In this document: positions 19,941-31,624 of the stretch, piece after piece
How the letters are laid out: each line of letters starts with the position of its first letter
Position numbering within the stretch: the first letter of the stretch is position 1
Notes under the pieces: model-generated
Seen by the model: the letters and a program-made list of their open reading frames with translations, nothing else
The model's database searches: none
Told to the model about the DNA's origin: nothing
Made by a program: the position numbers and the translations under genes
Origin: Bugula neritina
Taxonomy: Eukaryota; Animalia; Bryozoa
DNA length: 64,000 bases
Reading direction: 5' to 3'
Assembly (NCBI GenBank): GCA_964035545.1
Contig: OZ037766.1
Location: forward strand, 28,875,673-28,939,672

Positions 19941-20148
19941 GGGAGCAGCTGTGGTCTAGGGGTTAGAGAATTTGCTTAGTAAACACGAAGTCATGGGTTG
20001 GAACCTCGACAAAAACCATTGGTAAGGTTAGGAAGAGCATTCAGTCATAATTGCTCCTGTGTCTCATCTGAACAAGTCTTTAGTTCCATCTTTTCATCAG
20101 AGGCTTCTTACAGGGATAGCGACTATAAACTTGCGATCAGTGTGTTTT
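19941..20148 (+). mobile_element. tRNA-derived SINE, near full length
   Basis: A-box-like TGTGGTCTAGGGG and B-box-like GGTTGGAACC, shared body AGGAAGAGCATTCAGTCATAATTGCTCCTGTG, tail GGGATAGCGACTATAAACTTGCG. Closely similar to 37012-37229. Confidence 0.85.
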
Positions 20149-21004
20149 TATAGTGTATAATATTGTAGTACAGTATACAACGTATAGAATAAGCCTATCT
20201 CGTTTACAAATTCAACTTTAAGGCTAGTGAGAATAAGACCCTCCTCCCAGTTGCTCAGTGAGAACATTTGCAAGCTATTGTGCGTTTTATTATTTATATT
20301 ATTATTTAAAAAGGCAAATAAAAAGCATCTGTAAAACAAAATAGCCAAGACTAGATGATAAAGTGTTTGCCCACGAGAGAAGCATTGCTAATTCATGTCC
20401 TTTCTCGAGGCAATAACTTTTAAAGCAGGATCGTCTGGAATGAATAATTAATACGATAATGGAACATGCAAAATTCATTTTAATATAATAACAAGCAGGG
20501 CCCAGATTATCCTTCAAAATATTAAACAAAAAAAAACCTGCCTTTTTACAGAAATGATTGCAATTCCAAGAACACTATTGTGCTAATAACTATAATAGTT
20601 TATATAGCCTGATGGTCATATAATCAAACAGAAAGTGTTGAAAGATCAAATGAACTACAAAATAAAAAACCTGCGGGTATAGAAGTCCCTCTCATGAATT
20701 ATAGAATGATTTGTTATGGTCACATGGCTACTCCATAATATTAAGAACAATTTTCAGCTTTTTGCGGTGAAATCAATGAGAAGGCCAATGAACTTTGTAA
20801 TAGCTGCTTGCCTATGCCAAGCTTCTGCTTAGGAATGTAGCCAAAGATTCAACAGAAAACTAAAGTCAAGTTGGCCAACGCAGCAAATTAAGTAATTGCT
20901 GTCAGCTTATACAGTAACCATGCAGCTTATATTGAATAGTTGTATCTTTGATAAATCATACTGGTGTTGTTTTTGCTGCATATCACTCATACACAATTGT
21001 ATAT

Positions 21005-21201
21005 ATAGTTGCCATCCCTGTAAGAAGCCCTCCCTTATGGAAAGGGCTTTTTTGTTAAAGCAGGCTAAGGACTTATTTAAATGATGCACAGGAGCAATTA
21101 TGACTAAATGCTCTTCCTAACATCACCAATGGCTTTTGCCGGGTGTGAACTAAGCTTTACTAAGCCGACGCTCTAATTCCCTTAGACCGCGGCTGCTCCC
21201 T
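21005..21201 (-). mobile_element. tRNA-derived SINE, inverted copy
   Basis: Reverse complement matches the family: GGGAGCAGCCGCGGTCTAAGGG...CCATTGGTGATGTTAGGAAGAGCATTTAGTCATAATTGCTCCTGTGC...AAGTCCTTAGCCTGCTTTAACAAAA. Confidence 0.85.
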
Positions 21202-21655
21202 GTAATTACTGCATATGGCATGGCATTTATGTAGTTCTTTTCACTGTCAAACTTGATAAAAAGTAGGTTGGCCATGCTAGAGCACTACTTCTAGAAAAAT
21301 GGTACTTGTTGCTATACATGTCAAGGCCATATAACTAAGCTAAAGTCATACTGTAAAGACAGCTTATATTTACTCCATCAGCTGTCTACGTATACACAAC
21401 TTACTACAATGCACAATACTTTAGGGTTTTGTGGACCAGTATTTTTCACATATCACCTGGGCATACACCTAGACTAATCATTGTCAAGTAGAGTCTACTA
21501 ATTGTCATTCCTATGCATTCAGGAGTTGTCACGCTTGATCTTCTACTGATAAGATGTTGCTAAAGAAAACTACAGCTCCGTTTAATATTACACTCTAGCT
21601 TATCAATAAACTCATCACGCTGGATGCATCTGAATGCATTAGTTATTCATTTCGA

Positions 21656-21827
21656 GTATAAAAGCATACCACGCATTGTCATCACGCTCTAAAGCATTAT
21701 ACTACTTTTCTTGCAACATATCACTCGGTTTGACAATTCAGAGTGAAAAATGTGTGTTTGTAGAGTATAAATATTTCAGCTAGCCGTTGGAGCAGAGCAT
21801 TTGAGTCTCCAACGTGAATCTTCCAAG
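21656..21827 (+). promoter_or_regulatory. Putative TATA box (GTATAAAAG) and non-coding first exon of the prohormone-like gene
   Basis: TATAAAAG at ~21657, followed ~170 nt later by a strong donor CAAG|GTAAGA at 21827/21828. Link to the downstream exons is inferred. Confidence 0.35.
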
Positions 21828-23287
21828 GTAAGAGTTACATTATTTATACTGCTACATATACCTACTTAATGCAATTGGTAAACTCTCAGTGTTGTATAGT
21901 TCTTTGTATATTAATAGGTTGAAGTAATTTATTTCTGAACATTTACTTTTATTTTGCAATATTTGTTTTCAGCTATATAAAGTGAAATAAAACTTTTTAA
22001 TTGTTAAAGTGCTTCTATAGATGCATGTCCAAATGAAACTGTTGCAGCTGTTTGCAGTTTTTACTAACACTTCTGTGCTAATAATTTAAGTGCCCCATTA
22101 CGTAGTTTACTATGATATATAGACTAAAGATTACTGTAGAAACAATTCAGTTTTTTATAAAATTGTATTTCGATTACCCTAAGTTGCGTAGAACTCTGTA
22201 ATGATCTTATGGTTAGAGTATGTGTACATCAATGCACATTTGTGCTAGGTAATGGGCGCGAGCCATTATAGCCCCTAAACCATGTTACCAACATGGTAAG
22301 AGACACAGTCTTTATATTGCTCATCAAAAATTTTATCATAAGCTATCTTATAAGGATTATGGGTTTTAACAAATGCATGTGGAATTATTATTAAACAAGA
22401 ATAAATAATACGCCTTCATCTGTTTAAGCAAGGTGAACGCACGGCATCCAAAGCCTGTTTACATCTGTGTGAAAATATATGCATATTTTGCTATAGCTGC
22501 ATGTAAAGGGAAAATGTCTAATTTACATCTCCTATACACTGTTTATTTGCTCTACCAACAGTATAATAACATAAAAAGTGAACAACAATTATATCTGCTC
22601 TGTTAAAAAGTTAAGCAGTTTTATAGCTAGCAAAAGAAACCAACTTCCTTAAAGTCAGTTTTATACTGAGCTGATTCAATTATAAACTCAAACATATCCT
22701 TCCCAACTGATAGTGGGATTTGGTAAGACTTTATGTATGAATCCTCACTTTAAAGGAAAGTTATTATTTATGCAGTTTTTGGTCTAATTAACCAAATAAT
22801 AGTAATCTAATAACTTTTTATACAATTAATACTTGCAAATTTAAAATCTTTCTTATAATGTTTTGAGGCTGTATAATGATAAAACCAGCAAAATTTCAAA
22901 TTTAAAGTTTAAACTCATCAACACTGAATATGTTTTCAATTAGTGAGCTCACTATTTATGTGGACAAATAGTTTAGATTTATAATAGACTATATTTGATA
23001 CTGTTTCAGCCTTATATTATGTATATTTACTAATTATTATATAACAGAAATATAACTAGTAAGCTTCTTGAATTTCACCCTGTAAGCTTACACATGAAAA
23101 GTAACTATAACGAATGTAAAGCTCAATATATTGTAGAATTATATTACATAATTTTTATTCCCAGCAATTCAATTAAATCTGCATTTTTTTAAATCATCAC
23201 CATTTACCAATTTATAGCACTGCAAATATATTTTACTTTGCATGAAATTAAGTAGTTCATAATTTTTGTCTCTCAAACAAGAAAGCT

Positions 23288-23408
23288 ATATTATATTATA
23301 TTATATTATATTATATTATATCATATTATATTATATTATATTATATTATATTATATTATATTATATTATATTATATTATATTATATTATATATTGTATTG
23401 TATTATAT
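23288..23408. repeat. (ATATT)n pentanucleotide microsatellite
   Basis: Directly visible. Confidence 0.95.
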
Positions 23409-26133
23409 TGTAGCACCTCTACTTCTATATTGTAAAAAGCTATGCAATACTTTTTTTTACCAGATATGAAATTAGCTTTCTTTACGATGAAAATACTAAG
23501 CCCCAAGCCCCAAACCCCAGACCCCACACCCCAAAGCTGATTTATAATTAAACAAGATAACATCAAACTTTAAAATTTAGCCAAAAGGCACATTTTCTAT
23601 CATCGGACAATCCCTGTGGAGTTTATCTCATCAACTTAAGTAAATATAATAGCTATGGAAATGATTGGCTTGCAGCTGGAATGGGCTTGAGATTTCAGTC
23701 TAAGCTTCACAAGATTCCCAAAATATAGCTTCTCAGGATATAAAACTAGCTGAAGACAACTCTTTAGATATAGGCATAATTTAGCATTTAGCTTTCTGCA
23801 AAATTGCATTGTGATGCTTGAAAGAAAAACTTGCAGTTGTGTTATTCATTTTAACCAATATATATATAGAAAATCCTTAGGCTAAAAGTGTCTAGACTTT
23901 TCAGCAATTGAAGTAATATAAATAATTATATGCGCAATTTGCTTTAAGCTAAAAGCTCTAACTAATGGTTTATGAGAATATTATTAATTTTGATATACAC
24001 TTTTAGTCAGGTTTCAGTAGCTCAGTGAAAGGTCTCTCTTATCAACTCACATCAACTGCACAATATTTAACAATTGAAGTATGTATCAGTTTCATTCTAA
24101 TACAATATAGTAAGAGTAAGAACTTTTCTTGCGAACTAACCTACATGTAGTTACAACTTTCTACAATAACTTCTTTTTATTGTACTTGCCTTGTTTCAAT
24201 ATATACAGATGAACTGTATTTATTTATCTGTATAATGTCTAGCAATTAAAGTATGTATCTGTTTCAAATACACATCCTCATTAACTATAACACATCCTCA
24301 TTAACTATAAACCTAGTACATATTATAGTTACAACTTTTACAATAACCCCAGTATATTGTCTTCTTGTTGCTTTAATACATTATGAATGCATGCTGTATT
24401 TATCAAACTAAAATGTAAATATTAAAACTGTTTGCTATTTTTTCTATATTAGTGGAACGCTTTAAGATTTTTCATATTTAGTCAGCATACAGATTTGTAT
24501 TCGACAGAAAAAAGATCAACATAGGAAGGCAAAGTGTGCAATGAATACATAATGTATATAAAGAGAAAATATACTTTATTTTTACCTTATTTAGATACTA
24601 TTGTTTGTCTACATTATAGAATAAACTTGTGAACTGTACAAAACACTGTTAGAACTTGTGCATTAAGGTGTCATTTGCTGCAAAATTATTAGAAAGCTGG
24701 TCAAGCATACACATTATATGAATGCAACTTATTTTGGTTATTAATAGCAATTAGATTAGTGACTGTACATAATGCTGTATATGCTTGTAATTAGATGTTT
24801 GGCTGCTGGGCACCAGCAATGGCCTTCCTGGGAGTCAAACCCACAACTTTGTGTACACCAGGCCATGCAGTACTTTACCGACTGACTGCTTTAAAACTGA
24901 GCATAAGAGTTAGTAATTCATCTCGTATAACTACTGATTTACTAGTTGCTTATATGAGTAATTAAGTTAACATGGCCACTTGTATTATATAACTCAGATA
25001 CCGTAATAAATTACTTATTCTAGTCAATATGTAATAACTGGTGTTATTGGTGGTCTAAGGTAATCTTCTAGACTCTAGTACATAATTACAAAACTCTATT
25101 CAGAATAACTTGTCATGAAGTGTTTTATTACGCTAAATACTCATCAATCATATGGACATGTGAATGGTGATGTTTTGGCTGAATATGTCTAGATTTATAA
25201 CTTGAAATCAAAACTAACTTGCTACTTTTATCCATTTTGCAGCCTGAGAAAATAGCCTGCAGGTGCAGATATTAGTCAAACTAAAAAAGGTGAATTAGGG
25301 AATATACCAAGAGATCTAAAAATATGGGAAGCATAACTCCTATTCTCCTCATCTGTCTTCTGCCAATCATGCTGGCACTGCCAACTACAAACTTGGGTAT
25401 GTTTTATGGTATTATGTAACAGCATGCAGCATACAGCTTGCCATATCATAGCATACCATAACATATTATATCATATCACATCACAATAGTATATATTCCA
25501 CTAGTGAATAAGTTGCCTATAGTAGCATTTTAGCTTCTAATGTTACTATTGATATGACAAGTACATAATGTTATGCTATTCCGTACTGATTACAGTTAGC
25601 TTACATAATAGAAAGTAGAAACTTTCAATCATGTCATCAAACACTTCGTCAATATAATGTATTTCTTTATTCATCTGTCTACAATTACCTTATTTATATT
25701 ATATACATGTATATAATATTATTACACATAGATGGTTCATTTTTATTACTAACTTACTAACAGCGATCTATATTTTATATCTTATTTTGCCAAACTTTTA
25801 GGATATGAATTCTAATGCATTGGGTTGTATAACAAGGTTTAGGAAATGAATTGGTTCTAATGCATTGGGTTGTATAGCAAGGTTTAGGCAATGAATTGGT
25901 TCTTTAAATGTAAGATTGTTTTTGTAGAAATTTAACAGAACGAAATTTTCATAAATAAGCCATTCGGATTTATTCTAAATTTTCTAGCTTAAGGAAGAGC
26001 AAACGCATTTAGTTGTTTTGAATTTGATTGATTTTAAACTTCAAAATTTTTATAACAAAAAATCTGCTTTTAAAGTAATTTGAATTATAATTTAATATTG
26101 AACTCATTAATTTGTTGCACATTAGGTGATTGC

Positions 26134-29100
26134 ATGGCTGAGCCAGTGAAGTTACCTGATCTTATCCATATCGCAGTGATAATTAATATACTGACACAAT
26201 ATAGGGGAAAGGTATACATAACTGAGTAAATTCACCGACACTAAGAAAATAATTTTACAGCAAAAACATAGTAATATGTCAACAGCTTGTGGCTTGAGTT
26301 CAATAGCCACTTCTAAAGACAATAATTAGCTTTACTATAAATAACCTCCTTGGTACAATACTGTCAAACGTTAGCTATAAGTTATTTTAAAGTCGTTCAA
26401 TGTAAAACCAGCTATATGGTACTTTTAGGAGTAAAACTTGCAAACAACAAAATGGTTTTTATTTCGAAATTATGATATCTTATTATTAAGTTTAGATTGC
26501 CTGTATTTATATAAGAACCAAAATACATATTTATGATTATCAAAAAGTTTGTTGGCAGGCTTTATGTAGGCTATTGTTGTATTTTAAGTCAACAACCATT
26601 GCATAAATGAAGGCATGACCATATGCCAAAAACTGAGATTACATAATATTATATTATTTATATAATATATATATATAATTATGTATGTATATTAATAATG
26701 AAAAATTCTACTTTTAGATGATGTAGAAAGCTTAGCAAGCAAGAAAGAGAAAGCCCTTAGCAAGTGAGTTTATTGCTATTATAAGTTATTGGCAAACCAA
26801 ATTCTAATGACAAAATGGCTTGTATCTGGATTTGATATAGTTTTGCGTAACTTATAATTCATACATGCCAGTTACTATACCTATAATTAGACTTCCAAAC
26901 AGGAAACTGAAGTGTTTTGAATATAATACATTACTTATATAAATAAATCTGATATCATAAAGTCAATTTAGCCAATACTACATATACTTTTATAACTCAT
27001 GGTTGCTGTAATAGTAATCAAATACCATGTATTATGCTATGTACAATAAACAAAATAACTGATACAAGTATGTGGTAATGTACTATTTTTATTTCTATTT
27101 CAAAATTGATCGCTACAGGAAAGTTTTTTTTCTGGGTAGCAGTACCAATCTATTCTCGTGTGCATTGCCAAGAATGTTTAAATATAAATAATAACTTCGT
27201 TGCTTATAGGATTAATGCCCTGCAGCTTAGTAATAGAAAACATTATATATTTATGCACTAGACTTGCAAAACTTAGTTAAAAAGTTTTTTTGCAAATATT
27301 ATGCTTAAATGTTTTTAGCCCACCTTCCATTTGTGTAAACTAATAACTTATGCTTTTGTTTAATTAGTAACAGATATAAATTAGCAAGATTAGTTTTGAT
27401 ACAATTATATTGTGTTTCAGGCGAAGTGCGGACACACAAAGGGAAAACCATGAAGTAAGTTCATTTTTTACAGATATTTAGGAAATATCACTATATTGAT
27501 ATAATGGTTATATTGGTACATATTCTATTGCATTACTGTAGTGTTGAGTTAACCCAGCAGCCCCATGATGTAATGGTTAGCACACTTGTTTGTAGCAGTC
27601 TCGGGTTCAATTCCCAGTAGGGGCAAATTTTTTTCACAATAATATTTTTTTAACAAACGTTTTAAATACCTACCAGAAACAACATTGCAACATGCATATG
27701 TTGTTAAGTTAAAGGGTTAAACTGTAAATATATGATTCTATCAAACTATGACCTATAATTATAGCAATGTATTGATTAAAGTTATGGATTATGCTAATGA
27801 AACAAAAATAGTAGTTAATTGCATATTACACTCATGCAGCAGTTATTTCTTTATGAATATACAGCAAACATTTTATGAGCACGTAATAATATGTATTAAA
27901 CAAGAAGGAAAAATTATAGTTTAATATTCAGAGAATCTTTGGGTGGTTTACCCAGAATGCACTACTTAGTATCTTAGCACTTTAACAATCCAGTCATTTT
28001 CGTGCATGTTGTGACTAGATTGTTAAAATGCATGTAAATGACTATTTTTCTAGGAAATGTATGTATACTCATGCATGTTTTATCACTGCTCTTCCTAGTA
28101 TTTATGATTCTGCTGTTTATATTTATCTCCAAAGCAATTGCAGTGTGTTAATTATTCTGACCTTTTGGGAATTCATGTATTTCTGAAAATAATGTAATCA
28201 ACATAATAAATAAATAGAAATACAAAAATATTTTTGTATATAGATAGTTTCTTGCTAAATATATACCTATGAACTACAAGTTTTATTTACTGGTATAGAA
28301 AAGTTCTTTAAAATTGCGACCTAAAAATGCCAAGTTATCTCTCTGAATTTTAATCTGCAATTCTACATAGTAAAGGCATCTTTCAAAGGAATAAAAGGAG
28401 CTAAAGCTAATATATACTAGAAAGCTACTTATATATAATTAATATAAAACTAGTATATAATAAAATCTTTTAACTTTAGCTAAATATTAGAAAACTGTTG
28501 GGAGACGTTATCAATTCTCAAGCTGACAACAGAGAAAGTTGGAAAAGATATGTTAAGCCCCGCCCACTTCTCGTCAGACCAACTAAAAGATCTCCCACAG
28601 ACTTTATGGTGACGGGCAGTTATTTCGGTAAGTCATTCTTTGATACGGATAAACATTGTTGCCAACAAAATCAATTGTATATACCAAGAATGAACTGAAA
28701 ATAAATTTGACGGCTACATATAGTTTTTGGCAACTCAATTAAAGTTTTGAACACGCAAAATATCTTGTAATTAACTTATATTTATATATTTTTTTGTTTA
28801 TGCACTTATCTGAATGGTCAGTTGAGATATTAAATAAGCAAACTAATACCCAAAGCAATTGCATTTTAAAGAACATTTCTTTGCAAAACTACATACATGA
28901 CGTAACCTAATCACGTTTGTAAATAGTACATATAAAAGATAAAATCATTTGTTATATAATTTAATGAATGTATACATTAAATTTATTAAGCTTATATTAT
29001 AAAAATAAATGATGAGTTCCTGCAAAACTTCGATTCCTTTCACAATCTAGTTTCTGTCAATTTTTTTTTAGTAACCATGTGACATCTTATTGAACTATAC

Positions 29101-29435
29101 TTATAGAAAAGAGAGATGATAAGCTACTGTCTAATGACAAGGAAAGTACAGACAAACTAGCACTGTTGTTGAAAAAGTTGACAGATAGAGTAGACGAGTT
29201 GAAGAAAAGTGGATATGGCACAACAAGCCAACCATTGAGTATGACTACTGCCAGTTTAGCAGAGAGCATTGCGAAGGAGAAAGACTTACTGTACATCACT
29301 CTCAGTAACATCAACTATGATATTCATAACCTCCTGTCCTTATTAGACAAAGAAAGGCTCAGTACGAATAGCAATAGTGATACTCAAGGAAAAGTCATAC
29401 TGGACTATTACAATAAATTACAAGATACTATGTGA
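26134..29435 (+). CDS. Orphan secreted protein, neuropeptide/prohormone precursor-like
   Basis: Exons 26718-26763, 27421-27454, 28480-28627 and 29107-29435 have canonical junctions and join in one frame: ..DVESLASKKEKALS-KR-SADTQRENHELNIRKLLGDVINSQADNRESW-KR-YVKPRPLLVRPT-KR-SPTDFMVTGSYFE-KR-DDKLL...LQDTM*. The candidate signal exon 26134-26211 (MAEPVKLPDLIHIAVIINILTQYRGK) ends in phase 0 but the next exon needs phase 1, so the 5' structure is unresolved. Confidence 0.55.
27560..27626 (+). pseudogene. tRNA-like relic (pseudo-tRNA or head of a second SINE family)
   Basis: GCCCC...GGGGC acceptor-like pairing, D-arm-like GATGTAATGGTTAGCAC, T-arm GGGTTCAATTCCC and a T-run downstream. The anticodon arm is not well formed. 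Confidence 0.5.
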
Positions 29436-31624
29436 ATCATGATACAATCCATAATGCAAATTCAAATATATTACTAAAAAATCATGTATTATTGTATAAT
29501 GTGAGAAAGGTAAAAAAAGCCTGCTGATTCACACTAGCAACAAAACAGTGAGTTAAAACTTTGAAAGTAGTTACTGTTTTATGACATCACAATTAACCAG
29601 TTTACATTCCATTAATATTGACTTTTATTGCAAGAAAAGTACTTAATATATATTCGTTTGCCAAGCAGCTGTAAGGATAAGTCAACTTGTTCAAATGAAA
29701 TGCAAAATTGTGTGATGCAGCAAATAATTGTAACTTTTCATAGTAGGTACATCGACAGTTTGAGAAAATAATATATGAATATATTTCTTTGTTTCATATA
29801 ATATTAAACACATTGACTAACATATTTATATTATATGCTAAAGAGAGTCACTTATTAATAGCATTCTAGCAACTATAGTTAAATACGTAGGAAGTTATTC
29901 CCCCCCAGTAATTACTAACTCACGAGTAAAAAAGCACAACTGACTTAACTTACGAGACTTCTGATAACATCTATGAATTATTATATTATTGTTCATTTTA
30001 AAATAAAAAAAGTTGATTCAACAAAGCCACAACTCATACTACATAGCTCTAGTTAGCTTTCAAGCTAAGAAAGTGCAATTATCAAGAATACGCTGACTTT
30101 TGTAGCAGAATATTTTTTATTCTACAATAAATACGATGTAATAAAGGGCCTAAAGTAAAACAATGGGTTTATTATCATATAAATGCATTTTGAGTTTTCG
30201 AGCAAAGCAAACAGAACTTGTAAAATAAAATCCAAATTTCTGGAATAAAATGGTTTCAACGAAAAGTGATGCGCCCTATAGTGTATCATAGTTATAAAAT
30301 AACATAAAATTAAATGTTGTAAGCACTGGAGAGCAGGTATAAGGGAAAATGATGCAATTTGAGACGCTAGAGCCAGGCAAGACTAAATGGCTTTAATATC
30401 ATTAAACCTACTCAAACATAAAACTTATGGAAGAGCATGAAACTGCCTGCACAGTACAAGGTATTGAGTAAAAACTAAAGCTATAAAATGAGCCCTAGGG
30501 TAATATTGATTGGGTTAACACTATGGAACTACAGGTAAATGACATAATTAGAGATTTGTATTAAAAGCAATAATAACTGAGCCACCATTTTACACAACTC
30601 TGAATAAAAACGTATCTTCCCAGGGTACCAAAACCTACATTAAATAAAACACAATTTGCAGTCTTAAAAATTGCATAATATAACTAAAAGTTTCATCGTA
30701 ATATATACATGCATCCTGTGTGAACAGGCAAATTATATGGAAGACAATGCAACATAATATTAAAAGGATTACTGTTGGAAAAAACAAAAGGGAAGTTATA
30801 AAAACTTGAGCAGGATGTTTAAATGCGAATTAACAAGCATATGCAGTACGTTATAACACAACATATAAAATAATACAATGCAGTATAAAATAACATAATG
30901 CACTAAATTATATTATACAGTACAACATGCTAGAATATAATACAGTAGGCATACTTTGTAAACAAAAGCCTATCACATTTTATAATAAACTTACAAGACC
31001 AAAAAACTATGCCACACAAAAGAATAAAAGAATCAAAATGCTTCCTGAAAAAATGCAAATGAAAGTGAGCTAAGCAATGGATTTTAAGAATAGGCTAATA
31101 ATACACCATTATATACAGCAATACAGCACCATTACTGGGGTAATAAATGTCATTGTAAGGGTAAACCAGGATAGTCTATACATTGTTGGCGACGACGTGG
31201 TTATAGCTATATATAATATACTTAAATACGTTATAGGAATACATTAGATACTATTTCACATACAATGAAATGATATAAAAAAAGGACAAGACCTTCTATA
31301 TTCCCCGAAACATGTAGAACTTATTGGCATTCCCTGACTGTAATAGAACCCAGCATCAGCAATGTCTTTCCTGAGTTGTAAAGTCACTAATAATCGCATT
31401 TCATTGGTTGATCGCTCACAGAGATTCAGATACTAATTAACACCTCAGTTCAACTTTATGCTGAGGAGTTGTGTTCCCTCTGGGATAGAGGATAACTCCT
31501 TGCCCCATCTAAAAGCCACACCGCAGACACGGCCTTAAGCTACAAACATCTCCTTAAGATGAGAGACGACCTCTGATAGCTTCGAAAAAGCAGATCAGTT
31601 CGAAAAGACAATGAGAGGGGCCCG

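Noticed and set aside
24060-24400. ~170-bp diverged tandem duplication (and a ~47-bp duplication at ~25808-25900)
   Set aside because: Real, but ordinary local duplications with no sign of function.
27560-27626. Functional tRNA gene
   Set aside because: Too short, with no proper anticodon stem-loop; kept only as a relic.
27549-27720. piggyBac-like MITE (TTAA-CCC ... GGG-TTAA) around the tRNA-like relic
   Set aside because: The inverted match does not extend beyond CCC/GGG.
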